Source: Octopus sinensis (taxonomy: Eukaryota). Taken from it: a stretch of DNA of 64,000 nt. Below, piece after piece: positions 55,625 to 63,149 of the stretch. The position numbers and the translations under genes were made by a program. The DNA is taken from NCBI RefSeq assembly GCF_006345805.1, contig NC_043011.1, positions 52,402,464 through 52,466,463 on the forward strand, given 5' to 3'. The notes under the pieces are model-generated. The model was not told the origin of the DNA. It did not search any database and saw only the letters and a list, made by a program, of their open reading frames with translations. The number at the start of each line of letters is the position of its first letter. The stretch's first letter is position 1.

Positions 55625-55673
<49 letters not shown>

Positions 55674-55877
55674 TTGTATATATATAGTATATATAAGAGA
55701 ACAAGGTGTACATTACACCGCAATAATTTATGTTTAAAAAATATATATAAAAATACAAAATGGGACAAGAACGCAAAACATTTAAATAGACGACACAAAA
55801 AACGGATGGGTCATTCGAAGCCTCTAATCTTCAGTCAAGAACCGGATCATCCTCACAATTTCGGCTGATTAATCTTG

Positions 55878-55931
<54 letters not shown>

Positions 55932-57645
55932 TTATCTATATATATGTATATTCTTTTTACATATACATACATATATATGTATATGTGTATGTATATGTAA
56001 ATATGTATGTATATATATATATATGCATGTATATGTATATGCATTTTTATATATATATACATGTATGTATATATATATGCATGTATGTGTATATATATAT
56101 GCATACATATATATGTATGCATATGTGTATATGTATGTATATGTATATTTATGTATATGTATGTGTATGTATGTATATGTGTGTGTGTATATATATATAT
56201 ATATATGTATGTATATATATCATTGTCGTTTAGCATCCGCTTTCCATGCTGGCATGGGTTGGATAGTTTAACTGGGGTCTGGGAAGCCAGAAGGCAATCC
56301 CCCAACCTCCAGAGCCATTGAAGAAACTGTTGTCTTCAACTGACCAAGATTCCAAGCACTTCCAAAATAAAATTAGACAATACAATGCTGCACTACAGAT
56401 GACATCATTTGGAGCCACAAGTGATTTAACCGAGCCAGGATTTATGCAAACTTTCAAGATCCAAGGTCAGATTTATCATCGGATTGGCTCCCTGCTACCT
56501 CTGTCAAATGAATCACCAAAATCGGCTTTTCATTGTTTATAATCTGTACCTGTTTTTTGGTGTAACATCACTCAGCAAGATTTTTGTTAGCTGCTCTCCA
56601 GCCATCTATTTAAAACTGTATACAGCTATGGTACGACCACACTTGGAATTCGCATCATCAGTTTGGAACCCCTATCTTGCTCAGAACATTGACCTCCCGG
56701 AATCTGTCCAGAGACGTGCAACCAAACACACACCCTCCATCAGACACCTACCATATTCTGAGCGCCTTGTTTCCCTGGGCATGGATTCACTGAAGCTCCG
56801 GCGTCTGGCGACGGACTTGGTAAACACCCACAAAGTTATCAACCACCTCACCAACAACAACACTGAACACCTTTTTGATCTCCATGTGTCTAACACACGT
56901 GGACATGCCTACAAAGTCAGAAAACAACACAGCTCCCATGACTTTTGGAAACATTTTTTCACGCTCAGAGTTGCTGAAGCATGGAATAAACTGCCTACGT
57001 CAGTTGTTGACTGCCATGACACTGCATCCTTTAAGGCCCTCATGCTTTCCGAAATCCGCCAAAACTACACCTGATTATATATACACTTTAGATGAGTTGT
57101 AGTGCACCTGAGCACTGTACACAATTATTATTATTATTATTATTATTATAAAACATGTTTTTGAAGTATGTTTATTTGCTTTATATACATATATTAGTTG
57201 AAAACTTTCTCTTAACATTTCACTTAACATCTATGTTCCATGCTGGCATGGGTTGGAGAGTTATTAATGTAGAAAGTCGGTATCTCAACTACTAGCAGTT
57301 GAGACCTGCGTAATCTAGATGGTGTTGTTAAATCTCATTCTCTTTAACCCACGCAGCACCAGTTATTTCTGCTAGTAAGTATATATATGTACATGTGTGT
57401 ATATATCTATGTATATGTATATATAATTTTGTGTGTATGTGTCTGTGTGTGTGTCCCACCACTGCTTGACAAATGATGTAGTTTGTTTACATCCTTGTAA
57501 CTTAGTGATTCAGCAAAAGAGATCAATAGATTGACTACCAAGCTTTAGAAAATAAGTACCGGAATCAATTTGTTCAACTAAAACCCTTCAGTGCAGTGCC
57601 CCAGCATGGTCGCAGACCAATAACCGAAATAAGTAAATGATAGGT

Positions 57646-57694
<49 letters not shown>

Positions 57695-58429
57695 CTTTCT
57701 CTCTATTTTTTTTAATATTGTAATCTCCTTATATTTCAGACACCACCATAGGTTATTGTTCCCCAAATGGATTGGTTCCAACTTCCTGTTCATCTGCAGA
57801 AAATGGACATTTTGGTGTTTTGAAACTTGATGATTCCAGGAATAACCAAAATTATTCTCGTTCCTCCCCAAACAATCTTCGAGTACAACGTCCTTGTAAG
57901 TGAAATTTTTTGTTGTATTTCTTCAACAATTTAGTTATTTTTAATAGCTTAAAAAATATTTTAACAGATGGTAGATTTTTCAGTGAAACTTTTTATATAA
58001 TGCCTATTATTTAATTCAAATTGGTATTTTAAAGAAAATGTTATTTTCAGTGGACTGACTGAGAATTGAACCATAATCCTTGTTCTTTGTTGTATATTTC
58101 AGCTAACAGTTACTCAGTTTCAACCTCAACTGCCACCGTCACAATTTCTCCATCTCGGGTTCGGCAGATCAGTGATCCAATACTGCAGATGTTACATCCA
58201 TTGCACAAGATTATCTACATCACACAGGTAATTATGGATATGTAAGCTGTGTGGTAAGAAGCTCGCTTCCCAACCACATGGTTCTAGGTTCAGTCCCATT
58301 GTGTGGCACTTTAAGCAAGTGTTTTCTACTATAACCTCAGGCTGATCAAAGCCTTGTGAGTGGATTTGGTAGATGGAAACTGAAAGATGCCTGTCATGTG
58401 TGTGCATGTGTGTGTGTGTGTATGTGTGT

Positions 58430-58477
<48 letters not shown>

Positions 58478-60261
58478 TGAATGTGCATGTCTGCGACTTT
58501 GTGTTTATCCCTCTGTCACCACTTGACAACCAGTGTTGGTGTGTTTTGCATCCCTGTAACTTAGTGGTTCAGTAAAAGAGACCAATAGAATAAGTACCAG
58601 GCTTTAAAAAAAAATGTAAGTCCTGGTGTTGATTCCTTCAACTAAAAAAAACTGGCCGCAGTTTAATGATTGAAACAGATAAAAGATAAAGATGTGCTTC
58701 TGTGTACCTGGGTGTATGTCTGTGCAGTTTAATGAAGTGTACTTACTTAGTCTGTGTATATCAATTATGCATGACATAACTAATGTTTAGTGATGACATT
58801 ACAATTTTTCTCTCCATGGTAAAAATAACCATAAACGTAGAAAAATAACATTATTCATGATTTTAAATTAGTCCTTAAACTACAATTATCTTTAATGGTG
58901 TTTCTTTTCTTCTTTCAGCTTCCACCACCGCTACAACCAAATGGAAGACGTCGGATTATTGAACAGTTTAAAAGAGCTCTCTTTTCTCCACAGAGTACAT
59001 CTGATAGTCTGAAGAAGGAGCTTAATAAGGTTAAATAACTCCCTTTCATAAACAGTGTTATTGCTTCACTTATATGTGTATTACTCAGACATTGCGATTA
59101 AAGTATCAAATTATTTAAATGCTTTGAAATGTCATATAACACAACAGTGCGTCCTTGGATTTATCTACTCTGACAATACAGACAGACATTTATACATCCC
59201 AACATTTCATCATGGTCATCATCATCATCATTGATTTAACGTCCACCTTTGATATACTTGCTCGGACCAAATAGAATTCGTTAGATTTTCTATGGCCGGA
59301 TGTCCTTCGTGTTGCCAACTCTCACCTGTTTCCAAGCAAGATAATATTTCCTCTCGACCAGAGATACTCTTTACTCTTTTTACTGTTTCAGTCATTTGAC
59401 TGCGGCCATGCTGGTGCACTGCCTTTAGTCGAGCAAGTCGACCCTAGTACTTATTCTGTCGGCCTCTTTTGCCGAACTGCTAAGTTATGGGGATGCAAAC
59501 ACATCAGCATCGATTGTCAAGCGATGTTGGGGGGGGGGGGACAAACACAGACACACAAACATATACACATACATATATATATAATATATATATACATATA
59601 CGATGGGCTTCTTTCAGTTTCCATCTACCAAATCCACTCACAAGGCTTTGGTTGGCCCGAGGCTATAGTAGGAGACACTTGCCCAAGGTGCCAACAGTGG
59701 GACTGAACCTGGAACCATGTGGTTGGTAAACAAGCTACTTACTACACAGCCACTCCTGTGCCTATATATATATGACGGGCTTCTTTCAGTTTCCGTCTAC
59801 CAAATCCACTCACAAGGCTTTGGTTGGCCCGAGGCTATAGTAGAAGACACTTGCCCAAGGTGCCACGCAGTGGGACTGAACCTGGAACCATGTGGTTGGT
59901 AAGCAAGCAACTTACCACGCAGCCACTCCTGCGTGACATTTTTATTCACGAGAAACTGAAAATAAAACAACATTGCTTGTCTGATGCTGATGCTCATTGA
60001 CAACCATCACTTAATGTCAAAACAGAAGTGGCACACACATGCACACACACACATGTGCATGCACACACACAGAGGATTGGCTTCTTTCAGTTTCCATCTA
60101 AACTCCATTCACAAGGCTTGCCAAAGGTGCTGCCCAGTGGGAACGAGGTTCTTAACCATACAGCCTTTCTGGAATTATTAAAACAAAAATCTAACCTTCT
60201 GTCCATCTATCACTACTTCTACCTATCTATCCTTCTATCTTTCTATCAATATATCCATTTG

Positions 60262-60293
<32 letters not shown>

Positions 60294-61941
60294 ACTGTAT
60301 GTTGACATTATCTTTGTATTTCTCTATCCTTCTATCTATTCTGACAGTACAGTAAAGTTAATCATTAAAACCTGTAACTGTAACTAAACTTATTGCTCAG
60401 TGTCTCCCATAGTCCCCTGTTATATGGCATTTAAATGTCACTGCTCAGATGCTATATCCACACTGTGCTTATACAACTTCTTTGATTACAACATAATGAA
60501 GCATTTAGTTTCATCTGTTTGTGTTCCGTATTTGAACTCTGATAGGATCAACCTTACCTTTGTTTCCACCAGGGCCAGTACCAATATTATGTATGTGTGA
60601 CATGAGGTGTGGACAATTTATTATATATAATCATCAGTTTAATGCTTATTTTTTGTCAAGCTTGCATGGATCAGAAAGAATTTGTTGAGGTCAATTGCCT
60701 ATGGCTGGATGCCTTCCCTGTTGCCAACATTTACCTGTTTCCAAGCAAGGTAATATTTCTCCATGGCTGGACATGTTTTCAAGGAAAACTGGAAATAGCA
60801 TGTGATATCAAGACAATGAGACACACACACACACACACACACACTCACACAGACACACTCACACACACATATGTGCATGTGCACACAACAGGCATATTTC
60901 AGTTTTTGTCTACTGAATCCACACACAAGGCTTCAATCAACCTGACACCATAGTAGAAGACCCCTGCCCAAGATGCCATGCAGAGGGGGATTTGACTCCA
61001 AAACCACGTTATTGGGAAGCAAAAATCTTCTTAACCACACAGTGTTGGCACCAACGGCATTCAGCCAGAGAAAACCAGTTTCAATGAATTCTGTCTTAAT
61101 CATGCAAGCATGAAAAAGTGTCTTTTAAAATAATGATATAACAAAGACATATATGTGTATGTTTGCAATATGTCATTAATTCACATGAATAGTGTTCTTT
61201 TAATAAGTTTCTCCTGTTTATCCATATCCAGCTCCTGACTGGTTCCCAAGAGGTTATTGACCTGGCATATGGACTCAGTGACAGTGGATTCCAAAGACCC
61301 AGCTGTTTAACTCTTTTAGAACCAAGTAACATGGATGATAATGATCCAAACAACATGTCAGGTAACATATCAATATTCATACATACATGTTTGTATCTAC
61401 TACTACTACTACTACCACCACCACCATTACTACTACTACTGTTTTCTACAACCAGATGACCTCCCTCATCTGTTTGATGTCAGTCATCATCTGTTTCCAA
61501 GTGAGGTCTCAGCTGGTCAAGCAACAAATAGCTCAGACATGCTTTCATGGTAAACAACCAGCAAACAGATGCGAAGATGAGACAAAACACAAACCAAGCA
61601 CCCCTAACCACTAAGCCATGCACTTTCCCATGGTGCCGTGCAGTAACCCATGTGACTGAGGAGCAAGCTTCTTAACCATACAGCTATGCCTACATCTATT
61701 ATGATTGTATCTATCTTTATATATGTTTTTACAATTGTTTTCTTTTTGTTTATTTTTATTCTCCCTCTTTTTTTTCTTCTTTTTTTAAGGTAATTCTGAC
61801 CTACTGGACAACAGAACAGGAGTCACCTATGAACAAATGCAGACACTCATTGAGAGTGCCTTGATGGACAGTGGCTACTATTGCATCCCTTCTTTTGTAA
61901 ATAATACTGATACCGATTCCCTGCAAAAGAACTTTTCATAA
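9752..61941 (+). CDS. NEK10: Serine/threonine-protein kinase Nek10, 31 coding exons, about 1195 aa
   Basis: Exons were joined by hand at AG/GT sites with matching phases throughout (sum 3588 nt, ending in TAA). Peptides match NEK10 as I recall it: [82 protein letters not shown]. Confidence 0.93.
11384..11664. repeat. Foldback element (long imperfect palindrome)
   Basis: TGTGTCTGGGGAGAGTC... pairs with ...GACTCTCCCCAGACACA over arms of about 125 bp; a half copy lies at about 13200-13320. Confidence 0.8.
11694..12064 (-). mobile_element. Short Penelope-like pLTR or retrozyme-like element between (TA)n tracts
   Basis: A more GC-rich module of about 370 bp flanked by (TA)n on both sides and carrying the hammerhead fold. 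Confidence 0.45.
11864..11904 (-). ncRNA. Minimal type I hammerhead ribozyme fold, U3:A8 variant
   Basis: CUGCA-UUGAUAA-AGGG(caacaa)CCCU-GAAAC-AU-GUC-UGCAG: 5-bp stem I, 4-bp stem II, palindromic ACAUGU stem III and a GUC triplet. Confidence 0.6.
12182..12242 (+). CDS. NEK10: NEK10 exon 2 ([20 protein letters not shown])
   Basis: TTTCAG acceptor, GTAAGA donor, resembles the NEK10 SDLKRL region. An alternative acceptor at 12192 is possible. Confidence 0.7.
13045..13139 (+). CDS. NEK10: NEK10 exon 3 (DFNEEV...EAQALEQF)
   Basis: AG/GT boundaries, phase 0 to 2, EAxxLExFS motif. Confidence 0.8.
14576..14668 (+). CDS. NEK10: NEK10 exon 4 (RRYKNCRNF...LVKNRLCS)
   Basis: AG/GTAAG boundaries, YKNxRNFS and LVKNRL motifs. 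Confidence 0.88.
15760..16912 (+). mobile_element. Degenerate mariner (D,D34D-type) transposon
   Basis: Broken transposase with [15 protein letters not shown] (WVPHEL-like), FHEDNAPAH and [10 protein letters not shown] (YSPDLAP-like). Right TIR GGACTTTTCAGTTACCCTCA plus TA at 16891-16912; left TIR not found. Confidence 0.85.
17120..17940 (+). mobile_element. Penelope-like retroelement remnant (GIY-YIG endonuclease C-terminal part)
   Basis: ORF 17252-17677 contains YGNHLSSF...LASHVW...IKWKILEK...CKLC..E, typical of the PLE endonuclease. Confidence 0.7.
18009..18222. repeat. Foldback element, 57-bp arms with 1 mismatch
   Basis: 18009-18065 is the reverse complement of 18166-18222. Confidence 0.9.
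18357..18483 (+). CDS. NEK10: NEK10 exon 5 (KWKQ...[14 protein letters not shown]...SSAE)
   Basis: AG/GT boundaries, LRxLxxLRxxMRD motif. Confidence 0.88.
18543..18698. repeat. Foldback element, 74-bp arms, 8-nt loop
   Basis: 18543-18616 versus 18625-18698, 5 mismatches. Confidence 0.9.
19085..19360 (-). mobile_element. tRNA(Arg)-like SINE family C; related copies at 24915-25210 (-), 49362-49665 (+), 54374-54680 (+)
   Basis: Head GGAGGCACATGGCCTAGTGGTTAGAGC...GGTTCGAATCCC with a non-tRNA body; possibly an octopus OR-type SINE (inferred). Confidence 0.75.
19508..19542 (+). ncRNA. Hammerhead-like fold, U4C core variant
   Basis: GUUU-CCGACGA-A-GAGC(ucu)GCUC-GAAACGU-U-AAAC: stems I and II pair, stem III is the palindrome ACGU. 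Confidence 0.4.
19854..19932 (+). CDS. NEK10: NEK10 exon 6 ([14 protein letters not shown]...KEVT)
   Basis: Long pyrimidine tract with CAG, GTGAG donor, phases fit. Confidence 0.85.
21432..21749 (-). mobile_element. Second mariner fragment (N-terminal HTH domains)
   Basis: [23 protein letters not shown]...RSVEL..DIL..LVEQNP..TV..LAEKLG. Confidence 0.8.
22605..22672 (+). CDS. NEK10: NEK10 exon 7 ([14 protein letters not shown]...VYQ)
   Basis: AG/GT boundaries, IFxKL...DQRxW motif. Confidence 0.88.
23181..23591 (-). mobile_element. tRNA-derived SINE family A, full length; further copies near 8995+, 12270+, 20085+, 36540-, 39720-, 44190-, 49998+, 58245+, 59365-, 62228-, 63775-
   Basis: Head GCAGGAGTGGCTGTGTGG (A box) ... 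GGGTTCAGTCCC (B box), internal (TG/TA)n and an (AAAGAGT)n tail, repeated many times in the window. Confidence 0.85.
23633..23712 (+). CDS. NEK10: NEK10 exon 8 ([10 protein letters not shown]...LITLTK)
   Basis: Poly-T tract with TAG, GTAAAT donor, ARM-like helix, phases fit. Confidence 0.8.
23998..24198. mobile_element. Degenerate pogo/Tigger-like MITE
   Basis: Ends TGCATTTTCCAGCGTACAAG and CTTGTATGCCAGAGAATATG form imperfect TIRs. Confidence 0.35.
24783..24869 (+). CDS. NEK10: NEK10 exon 9 (PEACKL...[10 protein letters not shown])
   Basis: AG/GTAAG boundaries, LNxVE.LL.I..EYD motif. Confidence 0.88.
25589..25681 (+). CDS. NEK10: NEK10 exon 10 (LASTLLR...YEGIPVLL)
   Basis: AG/GT boundaries, YEGIPVLLS motif. 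Confidence 0.9.
26331..26556. mobile_element. Representative of a roughly 220-bp TTAA-flanked piggyBac-type MITE family; other copies near 3300-3478, 15108-15327, 22797-23030, 38364-38589, 45070-45290
   Basis: Ends TTAACCCTTTAG...CTAAAGAGTTAA with a shared internal sequence among copies. Confidence 0.7.
26590..26821 (+). mobile_element. tRNA-derived SINE family B with 14-bp TSD; other copies near 5660-, 12680+, 25950+, 34329+, 39018+, 41225+, 62720+, 62962+
   Basis: A box TGGTAGAATCGTTAG and B box GAGTTCAAATTC. TSD GATATATAATGAAT at 26576-26589 and 26822-26835; the 39018 copy has TSD GGTATGTATG. Confidence 0.85.
26863..26994 (+). CDS. NEK10: NEK10 exon 11 (QLHNSN...[11 protein letters not shown])
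   Basis: AG/GTAAG boundaries, ARM repeat WxLVxxxED...GGI. Confidence 0.9.
27267..27680 (-). mobile_element. RTE-X-like LINE 3' end
   Basis: YGSETWTL...LDGTYTRLL...RRVQFAGHC...W...RGR..SY.DVI..DTG...AM.D..VW, then a (TGA)n tail. Confidence 0.8.
27755..28080 (-). mobile_element. RTE-tailed SINE or LINE 3' UTR family D; copies near 20815, 21140, 22080, 35250, 42180, 44650, 59220, 60630
   Basis: Shared ...GCATGGAAAACGGACGTTAAACGATGATGATG tail (minus strand) and GGATGCCCTTCC.AAC.CCAACC motif. Confidence 0.7.
28183..28249 (+). CDS. NEK10: NEK10 exon 12 (EKITETPS...EAEIQ)
   Basis: ACAG acceptor, GTGAGT donor, phases fit; the sequence itself is weakly conserved. Confidence 0.75.
28316..28733 (-). 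repeat. 3' LTR (418 bp)
   Basis: Direct repeat of 33227-33644; minus-strand AATAAA at 28441-28446. Confidence 0.95.
28734..28746 (-). promoter_or_regulatory. Polypurine tract
   Basis: Minus-strand CGGAGGGGAGCCC abuts the TGTAG start of the 3' LTR. Confidence 0.8.
28853..32110 (-). pseudogene. pol: pol (protease, RT, RNase H, integrase), split by multiple indels
   Basis: PR: FMVDTGS. RT: SPWASPL, DYRRLN, FGLRNA..FQR, YVDDIL. RH: [23 protein letters not shown]: [39 protein letters not shown], and VTKSGR in the shifted frame. Confidence 0.92.
32111..32843 (-). pseudogene. gag: gag, frameshifted as assembled
   Basis: [23 protein letters not shown]..., [16 protein letters not shown], and [18 protein letters not shown] (32135-32188); TAA at 32111-32113. 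Confidence 0.85.
33216..33224 (-). promoter_or_regulatory. Primer-binding site, tRNA-Trp type
   Basis: TGGTGACCC starts 2 nt inside the 5' LTR boundary and is complementary to the 3' end (GGGUCACCA) of eukaryotic tRNA-Trp. The match is only 9 nt. Confidence 0.75.
33227..33644 (-). repeat. 5' LTR (418 bp)
   Basis: No difference from 28316-28733 found by eye; the ORF-track translations of both LTRs are identical. Confidence 0.95.
33808..33847 (+). CDS. NEK10: NEK10 exon 13 ([13 protein letters not shown])
   Basis: AG/GT boundaries; it bridges phase 0 to the phase 1 required by exon 14. Confidence 0.78.
34218..34328. repeat. Compound trinucleotide microsatellite (TAT)(TAC)(TGC)(TAC)(AAC)
   Basis: Seen directly. 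Confidence 0.95.
34620..34768 (+). CDS. NEK10: NEK10 exon 14 ([17 protein letters not shown]...ILQ)
   Basis: Near-identical NEK10 motif, AG/GT boundaries. Confidence 0.93.
36297..36464 (+). CDS. NEK10: NEK10 exon 15 ([17 protein letters not shown]...NNLP)
   Basis: Conserved motif, AG/GTAAGT boundaries. Confidence 0.93.
37042..37481 (+). mobile_element. Non-autonomous Helitron, about 440 bp
   Basis: A|TC 5' end, CTAG|T 3' end and subterminal GC hairpin CCCGGGCAACGCTGGG (37454-37469). Confidence 0.75.
37564..37734 (+). CDS. NEK10: NEK10 exon 16 (kinase subdomains [15 protein letters not shown]...ALKE)
   Basis: Gly-rich loop and catalytic Lys, AG/GTGAGT boundaries. Confidence 0.95.
37745..38100. 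repeat. CT-rich low-complexity tract with an internal degenerate duplication
   Basis: CTGTCTCTTGCTCCTCA.TCTTTT.ATCTTTCTCTTTTTGCTCT occurs at about 37885 and 38036. Confidence 0.85.
40356..40497 (+). CDS. NEK10: NEK10 exon 17 (INLQNPVFG...[13 protein letters not shown])
   Basis: Kinase subdomains III-IV, AG/GTAAG boundaries. Confidence 0.93.
40590..41070 (+). mobile_element. Two tandem CR1 3' fragments
   Basis: The HFFTLR.AE.WNKLPAS segment appears twice, followed by a single 3' UTR. Confidence 0.8.
41841..41962 (+). CDS. NEK10: NEK10 exon 18 ([14 protein letters not shown]...IWNILIQ)
   Basis: Hinge region, AG/GTAAGT boundaries. Confidence 0.93.
42966..43068 (+). CDS. NEK10: NEK10 exon 19 ([25 protein letters not shown])
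   Basis: Catalytic loop, AG/GTGAGT boundaries. Confidence 0.95.
45646..45866. mobile_element. piggyBac-type MITE
   Basis: TIR CCCTTTCATTAC/GTAATGAAAGGG with TTAA on both sides (45642-45645, 45867-45870). Confidence 0.8.
46091..46169 (+). CDS. NEK10: NEK10 exon 20 (DFGLAK...SVVGTILYS)
   Basis: DFG and activation segment, AG/GT boundaries. Confidence 0.95.
46889..47018 (+). CDS. NEK10: NEK10 exon 21 ([20 protein letters not shown]...TLAKK)
   Basis: Kinase subdomains VIII-IX, AG/GT boundaries. Confidence 0.95.
47100..47700 (+). mobile_element. hAT (Buster-like) transposase remnant
   Basis: [20 protein letters not shown] motif in a broken frame. Confidence 0.6.
47762..48178 (-). mobile_element. 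Internally deleted hAT derivative with transposase C-terminus
   Basis: [29 protein letters not shown] motif; degenerate ends including TTAATCCAGCGCTG. Confidence 0.5.
48486..48556 (+). CDS. NEK10: NEK10 exon 22 ([15 protein letters not shown]...VIS)
   Basis: Subdomain X, AG/GT boundaries. Confidence 0.9.
49135..49284 (+). CDS. NEK10: NEK10 exon 23 ([11 protein letters not shown]...[10 protein letters not shown])
   Basis: Subdomain XI plus coiled coil, AG/GTGAGT boundaries. Confidence 0.92.
50657..50768 (+). CDS. NEK10: NEK10 exon 24 (YFFEAVSN...SREEK)
   Basis: YFxEA motif, AG/GT boundaries, phases fit. Confidence 0.85.
51470..52030 (-). mobile_element. 5'-truncated CR1-clade LINE of the same family
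   Basis: Reverse complement of the RT C-terminus and 3' UTR seen at 56575-57150. Confidence 0.85.
52290..52395 (+). CDS. NEK10: NEK10 exon 25 (EGDYDYS...ETEDQ)
   Basis: AG/GTGAG boundaries, open acidic frame, phases fit. Confidence 0.72.
52400..53830. repeat. (CAT)n-rich low-complexity tracts flanking NEK10 exon 26
   Basis: Degenerate CAT/TAT repeats at 52400-53160 and 53531-53835. Confidence 0.9.
53180..53530 (+). CDS. NEK10: NEK10 exon 26 (AWTSEEEL...VIPNT), disordered linker
   Basis: 351-nt island of normal-complexity coding sequence between CAT-rich tracts, AG/GT boundaries, phase 1-1. Confidence 0.75.
54802..55008. repeat. Foldback element, arms of about 90 bp
   Basis: 54802-54892 versus 54917-55008, imperfect. 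Confidence 0.85.
55240..56220. repeat. (TA)n/(TATG)n satellite-like tracts with two embedded short modules
   Basis: Seen directly; unique modules at about 55430-55627 and 55680-55878. Confidence 0.9.
55493..55530 (+). ncRNA. Hammerhead-like fold, A6U core variant, probably inactive
   Basis: UCUUU-CUGUCGA-A-GAGC(guug)GCUC-GAAACAU-A-AAAGA: 5-bp stem I and 4-bp stem II; stem III is broken (ACAU). Confidence 0.35.
56296..56530 (+). mobile_element. Helitron RepHel N-terminal coding fragment
   Basis: [19 protein letters not shown]...[21 protein letters not shown], typical of the Helitron_like_N region. Confidence 0.8.
56575..57150 (+). mobile_element. 5'-truncated CR1-clade LINE
   Basis: [19 protein letters not shown]...ESVQRRATK...RGH...[14 protein letters not shown], then 3' UTR and (ATT)n tail. 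Confidence 0.88.
57740..57895 (+). CDS. NEK10: NEK10 exon 27 (TTIGYCS...LRVQRP)
   Basis: TTTCAG/GTAAGT boundaries, open frame, phase 1-1. Confidence 0.7.
58103..58227 (+). CDS. NEK10: NEK10 exon 28 (...[25 protein letters not shown])
   Basis: Hallmark NEK10 C-terminal motif, AG/GT boundaries. Confidence 0.92.
58919..59029 (+). CDS. NEK10: NEK10 exon 29 (LPPPLQ...[10 protein letters not shown]...LNK)
   Basis: Conserved motif, AG/GT boundaries. Confidence 0.92.
61232..61361 (+). CDS. NEK10: NEK10 exon 30 ([10 protein letters not shown]...NNMS)
   Basis: LxxGSxE motif, AG/GT boundaries, phases fit. Confidence 0.82.
61790..61941 (+). CDS. NEK10: NEK10 exon 31, last coding exon ([12 protein letters not shown]...SGYY...NFS*)
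   Basis: Conserved GxTYEQMQ motif, TAA at 61939-61941. Confidence 0.9.
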
Positions 61942-62022
61942 ATGCCCACCATATTTCACTTGTGAGTCTTTCTCTGTGAGTGAGACTATGTGCTGTGTGT
62001 GTGTGTACGTGTGTGTGTGTGT

Positions 62023-62056
<34 letters not shown>

Positions 62057-62628
62057 CAGACAGACAGACAGAAACAAAGAGAGAGAGGGACTAAAGGTCT
62101 TTTAAATCTTTCATTCATATTAGTTTCATAAAACATTATTTGTCTATAATTGAATTTTGTGAAATATGCCATCAGACATGAGTCTATAAAAAAATATGAT
62201 AATACCGGGTTTTTTATTGTTATCATCATTACTCTTTACTCTTTCACTTGTTTCAGTCATTTGACTGCGGCCATGCTGGAGCACCGCCTTTAATCGAGCA
62301 ACTCGACCCCGGGACTTATTCTTTTGTAAGCCCAGTACTTATTCTATCGGCCTCTTTTGCCGAACCGCTAAGTTACGGGGACATAAACACACCAGCATCG
62401 GTTGTCAAGCAATGCTAGGGGGGCAAACACAGACACACAAACACACACACGCATATACATATATACGACGGACTTCTTTCAGTTTCCGTTTACCAAATCC
62501 ACTCACAAGGCTTTGGTCGGCCCAAGGCTATAGTAGAAGACACTTGCCCAAGGTACCACGCAGTGGGACTGAACCCGGAACCGTGTGGTTGATAAACAAG
62601 CTACTTACCACACAGCCACTCCTGCGCC

Positions 62629-62677
62629 TATTAATATTATTATTATTTATTATTTATTATTATTATTATTATTATTA

Positions 62678-62718
<41 letters not shown>
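62629..62718. repeat. (TAT)n microsatellite
   Basis: Seen directly. Confidence 0.95.
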
Positions 62719-62719
<1 letters not shown>

Positions 62720-63149
62720 GGCAGTGAGCTGGCAGAATTATTAGCATGCCAGGCACAATGCTTAGTGACTTTCCATCTGTCCTTACATTCTGAGTTCAAA
62801 TTCTGCTGTGGTCAGCTTTGCTTTTCAGCCTTTCTGGGTTGATAAATTAGGTGCCAGTGAACCACTGGGGTTGATGTAATCAGCTAGTTCTCTCTTGCCA
62901 AATTTCAGGCCTCATGCCTTTAGTAGAAAGAATTATTATTGTTATTATTGTTATTATTAAGGTGGCAAGCTGGCAGAATCATTAGCACACCAGGCAAAAT
63001 GCTTAGCATCATTTCATTCTGAGTTCAAATTCCACCAAGGTCAACTTTGCTTTTCCTCCTTTTGGGGCTGATGAAATAAGTACCAGTTATATAATGGGAT
63101 TGACTACTCCCATCCCCTCAAATTTCGAACCTTGTGCCTATAAAAGAAA

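Noticed and set aside
53005-56305. Long low-complexity ORFs (poly-Ile/Ser/His, YI/CV repeats)
   Set aside because: They are translations of CAT, TA and TG microsatellites; only 53180-53530 is coding.
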